From positions 5,376,001 through 5,440,000 of the forward strand of contig CM000153.2 of the NCBI GenBank assembly GCA_000004695.1: a stretch of 64,000 bases of DNA, written 5' to 3'. This document shows, in pieces, positions 36,959 to 49,524 of this stretch. The notes beneath the pieces are model-generated. The model did no database searches and was not told where the DNA came from. It was given only the letters and a program-made list of their open reading frames with translations. A program made the position numbers and the translations under genes. The stretch comes from Dictyostelium discoideum (taxonomy: Eukaryota). Position 1 is the first letter of the stretch, and the number at the start of each line of letters is the position of its first letter.

Positions 36959-38543
36959 TTATTGTGGTGATTGAGTTGAAGTTAAAGTTGGTGATGATGT
37001 TGAAGTTGATAATGATTTCAAATAATTATTATGTTCTTTAGTTTGATTATCATATTCTTTTTGTAATTTTTTTAATTGTGATTTTGTAATTTCAACACCT
37101 TCCTTATCATGAGTTGGCATACCCAATTCATTGAATTTTGAGTATTTATCAGTTTCATTGATAAAGAGTTGTTGTGGTGGAATTTTTGATTTTTCAAATT
37201 TCTCTTTTAATTTTTTTTCTTTTTCTTCCTTGTCAGCTTGTTTCTTCTTTTCAATTTCTTTCTTTTGTTCAATTTCTTTTTTGAGGGTTTCTTTATCTTC
37301 AAATTTCCACATTGCAGTTGTTGCGGATTTATCATCAATCTTTACGCCCAATAATGGTAAAACCTCATCACGAAGGTTATCACAAGTTTTAAGGATTGAG
37401 GTAGTATCTTTTGCGATTGCAGAAGCACGTACCTCTGAACGGAATTGAGTGAGAGCATTTAAGATTGGAGTCATCTCCTCTTCGATATTACCTTTACCAG
37501 CGGAACCGAAACCAATCATTGAAGAGGCGGTTGAAGATTCGGTTAAACCGAAAACAGAGAAAATGTAAGTGATATACTCTGCGATTGCACTAATTAAATT
37601 TAATCTTGGATTTGTCTTTTGTTCAGCACATGATCTAATGTAAACATTTGTTTTATTGACGAGATCTGATAAAGTTTTCAAAGCGTCAGAGGTGTTAAAG
37701 TTATCAAGAATGAATTGATGAACTTGGTCATTTGCATTTTGAAGATGTTTATTTAAATCCTTTTCAGCTTGAGTCCAAAATTGTGGTAAAGATAATGGAG
37801 AATCTCTAAGGATTTGTTTGGCGGTATGGAAGAACTCTACAAAAGTTTTCTCCATTTCAATGGCGTAACCCATGGACTCTGGTGAATAGTTCATGGCTTT
37901 ATCATATTTATGAAGAATGAAAAACATTCTCATTTGACGTGAAGTATACTTTTCCAAGGCTTGTTTAATTGTGATGAAATTCTTTAAGGATTTTGACATT
38001 TTCAAACCATCGATCAATAAATGACCACTGTGTACGAAATAGTTAATCCATTGACGATTGCCATAGAATGCTTCAGATTGTGCCAATTCGTTATCGTGAT
38101 GTGGGAATTTCAAATCTGAACCACCCGAATGAATATCGATATTGCCACCAAGAAGGTCGGATGCCATTGCTGAACATTCAATATGCCATCCTGGACGACC
38201 CTCACCCCAAGGACTATTCCAAACTGGTTCACCTGGTTTAGATTTCTTCCATAATGCAAAATCAAAACCACTACGTTTCTCTGAAACTGCTGATGTTGCT
38301 GTTAATGATCCTTCACCCTCTGCTGCTAATTTCTCATTACCAACTGAATTTGGTTCTAATTTACCATAATCATGTGCTTTTGAAAATGCTACTGTATCAA
38401 AATAAACTGATCCATTTGATTCATATGCAAATCCATTTGAAATAATCTTTTCAACATATTCAACAATTTGTGGTACATATTCTGTAACTCTTGTTAATGC
38501 ATCTGGTGGTAATACCTTAAAAAATAAAAAAATAATATTAATA

Positions 38544-38587
<44 letters not shown>

Positions 38588-39025
38588 TACAAAATTTACA
38601 TTTAATAATTTCATATCTTCAAAGAAAGCAGTCTCCCATTTTTTTGAAAGATCACTATGTGAAATACCATTTTCATTTGCACGAATAATGATTTTATCAT
38701 CAATATCGGTAATGTTCATAACATATTGGATATTGAAACCAAGATAATTTTTCATAATACGTCTAATGATATCAAAACTAATATAAGTTCTAGCATGACC
38801 CATATGTGATGCATCATAAACTGTTGGACCACAAGCATACCATGTTAATGATCTACCTTTACCACTTTCATTGAAAACGAATGGTACTTTACCACCTGTT
38901 AAACTATTATTAATTAATAATTCAGTTTCTTTGCCTTTAGGTTTAATCCATTCTGGGAATGGTTTTTTTGTACTTGCTGCTGCTGCTGATGTTGATTCTA
39001 ATTTTGGTGATGAATTTTCAGACAT
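36959..39025 (-). CDS. cysS: Cysteinyl-tRNA synthetase, cytoplasmic. complement(join(36959..38515,38600..39025)), about 660 aa.
   Basis: HIGH motif (SHMGHARTY), KMSKS motif (KMSKSLKNF) and the CysRS-specific zinc-site context. An in-frame 84-nt intron (GTAAAT...TTAAG) is read through by the tracked ORF as a poly-K run. The spliced junction [26 protein letters not shown] matches human CARS [26 protein letters not shown]. Confidence 0.9.
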
Positions 39026-39607
39026 CTTAAATATATTATTAGTTTTTCTTGATTTGGTTGAAAATAAAAAATGAAATAAAAAAAAAAATTTTAAAAAATA
39101 AAAAAAGTGAAAAAAAAAAATAAAAAAAAAAAAAAATAAAAAAATAAAAATAAAATTTTAAAATACCACACCCAAAAACAAAAAATTTAAAAAAATAAAA
39201 ATTAAAACAAATCAAAAACAATTTTCTTATAAAATTATAAAAATAATTATTTCCTTTTCTAAAAAAGTTTTATTTAATATTCCCAATATATTTTTTATTT
39301 TATTTTTTTTATTTTAATTTTTGTTTAAGGTTGATTTGAAAAAAAAAAACAAAAAAAAAAAATAAATTTAAATTTGTTTTGGTTTGGTTTGAAAATAAAA
39401 AATTACCTTAACAAACACACTCTTGTAATCAAAAAAAAAAAAAAAAAAAAAAAAAATTGTATATAAAATTTTAATTGGTTTATTTATTTATTTTAATAGT
39501 GACATTTATTATTTATTTATTTATTTATTTATTTTTTTTTTTAATTTTTTTATTACTTATTGGTTTTAATTTTTTAATTTTCCATTGTTTTCCATTTATA
39601 ATTGTGT

Positions 39608-40761
39608 TTATATTGAATTTATTAAATGTTTTAAACCTTTAGATTTTAGAAACATAAATAATAAACCCCCCATTATAATATAAACATATGAAATGGTTCC
39701 AGGGAGTGGCACCTCTTGGTTAATACCATTTAACCTTTTAAATCTTAATTTATCTTGACCTAATCTATAATCTTTATAATCAGTGTCTTTTATTAAAATT
39801 TCTAAAACATATAGACCATCATTCTTTGGATTTACTACTTTGTGGAAATAAAATAGTAGGTAATTTGCTGGCATTGGGGTGATTTTGGCATATACTTTGC
39901 TTTGGATTGCAAGTTTAAGATCATCTAAATTAGAACCTTGAAGCTCAATTCCATGTACTGTGGAGTCATCATGAATTCCTACAAAAATTGATCCACCTAT
40001 TGAATTTAAAAATCCACAAATCTGTTTAACCAATTCGTCAATATTTACTTCTTTTTTTTTCATACTAACATTTTTATCTTTATTACCTTTTAACTCTAAT
40101 TCATAGTCCTCTTGAAAATTTGTTTTTTTTCCAAAAACAAATTTATCTTCGCCTACAGCTAACTCTAAACATGTTTAATAAAATTAGTAAATTAATTCTA
40201 AAATAAAATTACATGTTACTTACCCATATAATTTTGTAATTCTTCATCATCATTAATATCAAAAATAATTTGTTTATAAACTTTCATAGCAGCTTTGTTT
40301 TTTTGGTATTTTTTATCACCAGATTGTAATGAATGAGACCCAATATAAACTTTTGGTTCGTTAGATTCATTTATTAAAGTAATTTTGCATTGATTAAATC
40401 CATCTATATCTTCCCAAATAACATTTGTTTTCTTTTTACTTGCAAAAGTGTTGAGGACTCCCAAAGGTGTTTTATTTTGATGTGTAATTTCATCCAATTC
40501 TACAATTATACCAAGTACTTCTAATGCTAAAATCGTTACCATTGCATGAGCAAGGTTATGTGTTTTATAGCCTTCTTTAGTTTCAAAAAAACTATTTTTT
40601 TTAATAACCATATTATTTTCAGGGTTGGTTGCTTGTTTTAAAAATGTTAATTTTGATCCACTATTTGTTCCAAATTTTATAGTTTCATATTTTAAATCCT
40701 CGTAATTAATATATTTACGTAGTTCTTCCATAGTTTTTTTTATTGATAGTTTTTGTGTCAT
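39608..40761 (-). CDS. AlbA_2 (Schlafen-like/divergent AAA) domain protein. complement(join(39608..40164,40224..40761)), about 364 aa.
   Basis: The real ATG is at 40761 (MTQKLSIKK...). The upstream part of the tracked ORF is AT-rich leader. A GTAAGT donor sits after ...EELQNYM. A 59-nt intron ends at the second acceptor TGTTTAG, because the first AG gives an immediate stop. Exon 2 reads ELAVGEDKFVFGKKTNFQEDYELELK...VKQICGFLNSIGGSIFVGIHDDSTVHGIELQG, the AlbA_2 signature. Confidence 0.55.
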
Positions 40762-41081
40762 TGTGTTTTTGAAAAATATAAAATAAAAATAATAAATTTT
40801 TATTTTGTTTTTTCCATCAAAAAATTTCAAAAAAAAAAAAAATTAAATTTTAATCAAAATTTTTTTTTTTTTATAGAACAAAGATATTTCTTTTTTAAAT
40901 ATTCTCCCCAAAATATTTTTTATTATTTGGTTTTAAATTTTTTTTTTTTGTTATTATTATTATTTTTTTATTTTTTTTTCATGATTTAATAATTTTTATT
41001 TCATGAATTTTACAATTTATAATTAATTAAATAAAAAAAAAAAAAAAACGACAATTTAAATTAAAGAATAGTATACAACAC

Positions 41082-41112
<31 letters not shown>

Positions 41113-41278
41113 GAAAAACACTTGGAAATAAAATTTTAATTGATTTCTAGGGGTTAACTATTTAAGTTTTTTTTTTTTATTTATTAATTTTAGTAGTGAC
41201 ATTTAAATTTTATTATTATTATTATTTTTTTTAATTCTTAAAATTAAATCTAATTGGTTTTAACAAGATATTAATATC

Positions 41279-41901
41279 TTAATAACCATTATCTCTTAAG
41301 TAATCACCTAACTTTTCAACAATAAGTGCAGCTGATCCCTATTAATTTAAAAAAATATAAAATAATTAGTAGTTATAAATTTAATTGCAAGTTATTATAA
41401 TATCAATAAAATAATGTTATACATACTGGTTGGACTTTATCATCATAAATGCCAACAATGATTGCTTGGCCTGTTCTAACAAGAACACAACCAGTTGCTC
41501 CCTTTTTACCATAGATACTTTGTGGGTCACCCTTTTAAAAATAAAGAAATAAATATAAATGTTAATAATTTATAAAAAAAATTTTCAACCCATATATAAA
41601 AAAGTTATAATATTTTACCTTAATACCCATATATTTTACTCCACCAATCAAAGCACCCTTAGCAAATACCTCAGCTGGATTTTTGAATAAAGCAGCTATA
41701 CCATCACCTTCTGGTTTCTATAATAAAAACAAATAATTAATATTATTATTATTATTATAATAATAATTAATTATCGATAATTACAGTAATATTAATACCT
41801 GATGATTTAGCCCAAACACCACCATCATTTGCACCTAAAATTGCTCCTTGAGAAAGTCCTGCACCAGTTAATTGTTCATCGACATATTGTTGCCAGCTCA
41901 T
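41279..41901 (-). CDS. proA: Profilin I. complement(join(41279..41338,41427..41531,41619..41717,41785..41901)), 126 aa.
   Basis: The spliced product is MSWQQYVDEQLTGAGLSQGAILGANDGGVWAKSSGINIT|KPEGDGIAALFKNPAEVFAKGALIGGVKYMGIK|GDPQSIYGKKGATGCVLVRTGQAIIVGIYDDKVQP|GSAALIVEKLGDYLRDNGY*. It matches my recollection of Dictyostelium profilin I over its full length. Three introns of 67, 87 and 88 nt have GTAATT/GTAAAA/GTATGT donors and AG acceptors. Confidence 0.9.
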
Positions 41902-43076
41902 TTTATTTTATTTGTATGTATATATATTGTATTTGAAGAAAAAAGAAAGAGATAATTAATTTACTTTTTTTTTATGGAATATAAAAAATTGATTTGAAAA
42001 AAAAAAAAAAAATTTATTTGAAAGAAAAAAAAAAATAAAAGAAAATTAAATTTAAAAAAAAAAAAAAAAAAAAATTAAATTAATAATTAAAATTGTAATT
42101 TGGGTCACAAGTGATTTATTTTTTTATTTTTTTTTTATTTATTTTTTTTTTTTTGAAACTTAATGGGGTTGTGTTGGGTTAGTTGAAAATCATATGATCA
42201 AAAGAGATGTTGACCAATAAGATTTAACTGTGATTTTTAAAATTTTTTCAAATAAAAATTTACTTTATTGTGTGCCATTTTTTTTTTTTTTTTTATTTTT
42301 TTTATTTTTTTTTTTTTTTAAGTTTTTTTTATTTTTAATTTTTTTTTTTTTTGATTTATTTATTTATTTATTTTTTTTTTTTTATTACAAATAATAATTA
42401 TTATTTGTAATAAAAAAAATAAATATAAATTATGGCAAAAAATTGGGTTTTAGTTTTAATGGTTAATGAAGTTTTTTTTATAAAAAATGGGTTTGAGATA
42501 ATTAAATGTTGGGTCAATTTATTTTTAAAAAATTAATTTTAATTGGCAGTGTTTTTTTTTTTTTTTTATTACCCTTTTAAAAATTTCACCAAACTTTTCA
42601 TTTACCCCCATAATTTTTTTTTTTCAGTGAATTTGATGATTTTAAAAAAATATTTTTACTTTTTTTTTTTTTTTTTTTTTTTCAAAAAAAAAAAAATAAA
42701 AAAGATGGTTTAAAAATAAACAATTTTATAAAAGTGAAAGATAAAGAGATTTCATCTCAAAACAAATAGAACCCTCAAAATTATATTATTTTTTTTTTTC
42801 CTAATTTTGGAATTACTGATAAAACAGTTAAACCATCTTTTAATAAAAATAAGGTGCACAGTATTTTTTTTTTTTTTTTTTTGTGGGTATTTTTATAATT
42901 TTAACGGTATCCAAAATCGAGATTGTAAATAAAAAATTAATTTTAAATCTACACACCCATCCTCACACACACGCGCATAATAAAAAAAAACAGTTCAGTT
43001 TAATTTTTTATTTTATTTAATTTTCCAGTTTTTTTTATTTTTTTTATTTTTTTTTTTCCTCCAATTATTTTTTGTT

Positions 43077-43172
43077 TTAATTATTTCCACAACACCAAAT
43101 ATTAAACAATAGGAATTTTCTATTTGTTGAATTCTTTAATGTTTTTTTAATATTTTCAATTTCTTTTATATT

Positions 43173-43211
<39 letters not shown>

Positions 43212-43883
43212 TGATTGTAAAGTTGGAGAAATTAAAATGATTTTATTAGTATCAATTAATAAATTCCAATTAATATTAAAATCTATTGAAGTTGATTGAA
43301 TCTCTTTTAAAATTAATTCCAAAGATTTTAAATCATAATGTCTATATTGAATGAAAACTAGTGCTTGTTTTGCACTCTCTGAGAAATCACTAAATCCAAA
43401 TGAAGATTTAAAGAATATTTGATCAGGTGAACTATCAACATAAATTGCTTTTTCAATTTCTTGATCTGTTAAATCAAATTTAATAATTCTATACATTTGA
43501 AACATTTTCATTGATAATCTTTTTGTATAAAAATAAATTACTTTATAAAATGATTGAACCAATTCTTTTATTTGAATATTAAATCCTTCCTTTATTGGTA
43601 ATATAATCTTAATATTTGCACCATCATCATTATTATTATTACTATCTTCATTTTTAATATGTTTTATTATTAAAATTTTGGTTTTTTTAATTATTTGAAT
43701 AACTTGATCTGATTTTAATTTAATTTCTTTTAATAATTCTAAAAATATATAAAATTCCAAAATTATTATTATTATTATTATTTTTTTATTTTTTTAAAAA
43801 AAAATTAAAAATTAATTTCTAATTACTTTTTTCTTCTTCTAAATTTAATTGATTAATATTATTTGATTTATTATATAATTCAT
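43077..43883 (-). CDS. Hypothetical protein. complement(join(43077..43738,43826..43883)), about 239 aa. The 5' exon is uncertain.
   Basis: The tracked ORF 43077..43760 has only an artefactual TTG start. A TTTTTAG acceptor at 43739 and a GTAATT donor at 43825 link it to a short upstream exon ATG(43883)...LNLEEEK. An alternative upstream ATG at 43983 is in another frame and runs into a stop. The product is coiled-coil/Q-rich and ends ...NIWCCGNN. No family recognised. Confidence 0.35.
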
Positions 43884-44437
43884 CAACATTTAATTTTATA
43901 GAATTTATTAAATTGTTTATTTCAATTTCTGTTTCACTCAACTCAAATATACTTTCACTATTTTTTAAGTGTGATGTGGTCATATTATTTTTGTTTGATT
44001 ATAGTTTTTTTTTTTTTTTATTTTTTTTTTTTTTTAGAAATGAAATTAAATATATTTTATATATTATAAAATAAAAATAAAAATAAAAATAATAATAAAC
44101 AAAAAAAAAAAAAAAAAATAATTAAAAAAAAAAAAAAAAATAAATAAAATGTCAAAACACCACTTCCACACACTTTAAACAAATAATTAAATTTTTGACA
44201 TTGTATTTTTTCAAAATAATAATTCCCTTATTTTTTCAAAATAATAATTTCCTTATTTTTTTAAAAAAATAAAATAATAAATAATAAAATAAAAAATGTA
44301 AAGTATTGGTTTGTTGAAAATGTTTGATGAAATTATTTGAAAAAAAAAATAAAAAAAAAAATAAAAAAAAAAAAATTAAAAATTAAAAAAAAAAGAGCGC
44401 TCTTTGGATGTCAAAAAAAAAATTGTGTTTTTTATTT

Positions 44438-44485
<48 letters not shown>

Positions 44486-44536
44486 CAACAACCATCTAAA
44501 AAAACATTTGTTATTATTTTTAAATAAATAAATAAC

Positions 44537-44587
44537 ATGTTGTTTGATTTAATAAATTCATTTTTAAAGAATGGAATAAATAATAGC

Positions 44588-44619
<32 letters not shown>

Positions 44620-46504
44620 TAATTTTTATAATTCTTTGGAGGATGATGATTATTTATTAAATAATCAAACAACCAAAGTATCATTGTATTTGTATTTCTT
44701 TATATTTGCATTTATGTTTTTAGTAGTGGATTTAATAATGTTATATTATAAACATAGAGAGAATATAGAGTCAAGAGAAACTGATCTATCTTTAAAATTA
44801 AATAAAATGTTAATAGATTTTGAAAATGATAATAAAATAAAATCATCACCAACAACATCTACTACAACAACTACAATAACACCAACTACTACTTCATCAT
44901 CACAATTAAGACAACCATCAACACCAAAAACAACAACTAAAACAATTAATTCACCACCATCAACACCAAAATCACCACCACCTTTACCATCATTAGAATC
45001 AAAACTATTATATAAAGATGATATTAAACAACAATTATCATTAAATGAAGCAAAGAGTCAAATTGATAGTGCTAAACAACTGGATGAATCATTAAAATAT
45101 AATAGTTGTATTAAATTATATATAGATGGTATCGAGAAATTAATGGCATTATTCTCAAGTTACAACTCTAAAGAATATAGAGATTATATTGATTTTTACC
45201 TAAAAAGAGCGGAATATTTAAAAAATGAATTAAAAAAAGGTACAAATTTAAAATCAATAACTAATTTTAATAATTTTTCAAAAGAATATCAAATAAATTA
45301 TAATAATAAAATTTTAGAACAGCAACAACAACAACAACAACAATCATCATCAACATATAGAAACTCATTAAATTTATCTTCTTCTAAATCAAATTCAACT
45401 ATAAATAATAGACATTCAATATCTTCATTATCTTCATTAAATTCAACAACAGCAACAACAACAACACCATCAAATACTTCAACAATAACAAGTCCGGGTA
45501 ATAAATATGGATTACAAAAAAGTTTATCATCAACAACATTATCATTAAAAAAATCATCAAATTCAACCAATTTTCAACAACCTTCACCACCATCAATGGT
45601 TATACCAGATATAAAAGGAATTGATAAATCTATGGTAACATTAATTATGAATGAAATTATGGATAGAAAGAATCCTGTTAAATGGGATGATGTGGTTGGA
45701 TTGGATAAAGTTAAACAATCATTGATGGAATCAGTTATTTTACCAAATTTAAGACCCGATGTTTTCACAGGTTTAAGGGCACCTCCAAAAGGTTTATTAT
45801 TATTTGGTCCACCAGGTAATGGTAAAACAATGATTGCCAAAGCAGTTGCCTATGAAAGTAAAGTAACATTTTTTAGTATCTCTTCAAGTTCACTAACTAG
45901 CAAGTATGTAGGTGACGGTGAAAAATTGGTACGTGCATTATTCGCTGTTGCAACTCATTTTCAACCTTCAATTATTTTCATTGATGAAATTGATTCATTG
46001 CTAACTGAACGTTCTTCAAATGAATCTGAGGCATCTCGTCGTTTAAAAACAGAGATTTTAGTTCAATTCGATGGTGCTAGAACAAATGGTGATGAAAGAG
46101 TATTGGTAATGGGTGCAACTAATAGACCAGAGGATTTGGATGATGCTGCATTACGTCGTCTCGTTAAACGTATTTATGTTGGTTTACCAGAACTTGAAAC
46201 TCGTTTACAAATTATTCAACATTTACTAGTGGGTCAAAGACATTCTCTAACCAAACAACAAATTAATTCACTAGCTGAAGTAACTCAAGGTTACAGTGGT
46301 TTTGATTTAGCTGCACTTTGTAAAGATGCTGCTTATGAACCAATTAGAAGATTAGGTATAGGTATTAAAGATTTAGAATTAAATGAAATCTCTCTTATTA
46401 GTTTTAAAGACTTTGCTAATAGTTTAAAACAAATTAGACCATCAGTAACTTCTCAATCTTTAAAATCTTTTGAAAAATGGAATCAAAAGTTTGGAACTAT
46501 TTAA
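44537..46504 (+). CDS. Spastin-like AAA ATPase (membrane hairpin plus MIT plus AAA), 655 aa.
   Basis: N-terminal hydrophobic hairpin ([24 protein letters not shown]). A MIT-like helical domain ([39 protein letters not shown]...[14 protein letters not shown]). Walker A GPPGNGKT, Walker B IIFIDEID, and second region of homology [17 protein letters not shown]. The C-terminal ...[21 protein letters not shown] is typical of the spastin/katanin meiotic clade. Single exon. Confidence 0.8.
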
Positions 46505-46689
46505 AAAAAAAAAAAAAAAAAAAAAAAATAACAAAGTAATAGGATCGATAAAATTAATTAATTTTAAATTTATAAAATTATTATTATTATTATAGTTTAT
46601 TTTAAAATAACAACAATATAAAATTTGGTAATCAATAAATAATAAAGATTGATTGTAATATAATTTTTTATTTTTTTTTTTTAAAAAGT

Positions 46690-49478
46690 TTAAATTTTAT
46701 TTTTATTTAAACCAACTTTTTCTAATTTTCTTTTTAATGTTTGTTGTAACATTTTATTCTTTTTATTTTTATAAAAGTAATAAATAATACAAACTATAAT
46801 GACTGTTAAGAAAGCAACACCACCAATGACGATACCAGCGATTTGACCTTTAGTAAGAGATGAATTATTTGAACAAATTGAATTTTCAGAATTACTGGAT
46901 GCTGCTCTTTGATCAATAATGATTGAAAAGTCTGGATCAATAATAACTTTATTCGAATATTGTGGAATTGTAATTCCAATAAAACTTTGAGTTGAATATG
47001 AATTTGATATTGGTTTCATTGTTGAATCTAATAATATATTTTCAATTGATTGAACTTTTGAATCGATAATTGCACGTTTAATAAATCTACCATAGACTGA
47101 ATGATTATCTACTTGAATCTTTATATAATTTGAGTCATCACCACTTGTTGTATTACCAAATTCTTTTGATGAACAAATATCATCATTGTTTTCACTTGAT
47201 ATTAATGATGCTGACATTACAAATTGTAATGTATTTAATGATTGTGAAAATGGATATTTATTAATTTCGATTGTATATTTAATTGATGATGGATTCATTA
47301 TTAATTGTTGATTTGCAAATTCAACTATACTACTTTTATTAAACCATTCAATTGTTGCACTAATATTTGTAATAGTATTTGTATTTGAATTAACAATTGA
47401 TGTTTCATATAAATTTTTATTACTTTCGAGTGGTGTAAATATCCATTTATCAAAAGTATATAATTTAATTTGTTCACCTTTATAATTTAATTCTCTTAAT
47501 GATACTAATGATATTAATGATTTAAATATTATTTTTGATATATTTTCATCACTATCACTACTATTATCAGGTGATGGAATTGGAATTTCAGTTGATGGTG
47601 TAGTTGTATTTGTTGATGGTTGTGGTACTATTATAATTTGAGAAGTACAAGTTAAACCAATAAATGGTGGATAACAAATACATCCACCGTCTTTACAAAT
47701 ACCTTGGTTTGAACCTCCACATTCTGGATTACCTTGACATTTTTGTGGTGGGTTTGTTGGTATTGGACTAACTGTTGGTATTGGTGTTGTGGTTGGGGTT
47801 GTGGTTGGTGTTGTAGTTGGGGTTGTAGTTGGTGTTGTAGTTGGTTCAATTGGGTCTGTATAATTAAAAAAGAATAGTTTTGGTTGAACTATAAATTCAT
47901 TTGATTCCATAGATGTTGAAGAACTTGTAATTTTAATTGTAAAAGATTGATTTGTTGATCTAATATTTTCAATATAAATAAAACTATCAAAAATTGTTTT
48001 TGGAATAAATGATATATAATTTGCACCATCACCACCATCAGAGTATTTTAAAAGTACTCGAATTGAATTAATATCTCCAATGTTTCCATATGTTAACATT
48101 CTACCATAAATCATTAAATTACCACCATAATTTGTAATTGAATTGGTTGATGAGATATATGGTTGATTATTTGTAAAAATACTTGTATTTATTGAATGAT
48201 CAAAACCTAAATTTATAAGTGATTGAGTTGGATAACCACTATAATAACCTCCATTATTTATAAATCCAAAAACTGATAAAATGATACCATTCATATTACC
48301 AAAACCGATTGGTACAGTAGTTGTACATACGAATTTTGTTTTATATTGAAATGGTGTTGAATTTGTTGAAATACATTTATGTATATCTAATTCTAATGTT
48401 GTTAAATAAACAATTGGGAATTGATTATCTCTAATACCTGTTTCTTGATCTTCACATTCGAATTCAAATGTAATACTTCTATCACCTAATGATCCAACAT
48501 CTAAACTACTTTTACTACTTTTAAATGATAAAAGCATTGGTCCTGTTGAATCATTAATACCACCACTACAAATGTTATTAATTGGTGATACTAAAACTAT
48601 TGATGTATCATTTAAATAGTTTATAAATGGATTAAATTGTGATGACTCTGGATCTTCAGATAATTTAATATAGGAAGCTTGATTATTAAAAGTATCATAT
48701 AAAATTACATCTGTGATTTCATAAGGTTGTTGAATACATTGTAATTGATTTTCTTCAATATAAATTTCATATTCACCATTCCATTTATCACCTTTGATTG
48801 CTTTTGATGGTTCGATTGTAAAATTATGAAGTGAAGAATCGATTGTACCTCTAACTGAAATATAACCATTCTTTAATCCATTTATATTATCTTGAATAGT
48901 AACTAACCAACCAAATGTATCTTTTGGTAAATTTGATGGATTCTTTATAATTTTACTAAAAATTGGTCCATATATATCAATATCTATGAAAAAAAAAAAC
49001 GGTTAATAAGAATTTATGTATCAATATCTGTGAAAAAAAAAAAAAAATAACATACTTTTTGAAATTAAATTTAATTGTGCAGATTGTGGTAGTTCAGAAC
49101 TAAAGATTTTAATTTCTTTTGAAAAAGTTAAATAATAATTAGCAATACCAGTCATAGTGTTTGCAGGAATATTAAACATTACTTGATATCTATTATCTAC
49201 CCATTCTGCGAAAATGTAATTTTCTTTAATTTCTCTATTATTTGAATTAACTACTGAATTAAATTGATTTTCAGTTAAAGTTTTTGGATCCATTAAACTA
49301 AAACCAATTGATAAATCTTTATAATTATTAATATTTGTAAAATTAAAATAAATAATATTTGAAACTGATTGATTTGTAACATGAACATTATTATATAAAA
49401 ATGTAATATTAACTAAATCTTGAAAATTAAATTCTAAAAAATAAATATATATATTTTAATAAAGGAGAGAAAAATGTT

Positions 49479-49524
<46 letters not shown>

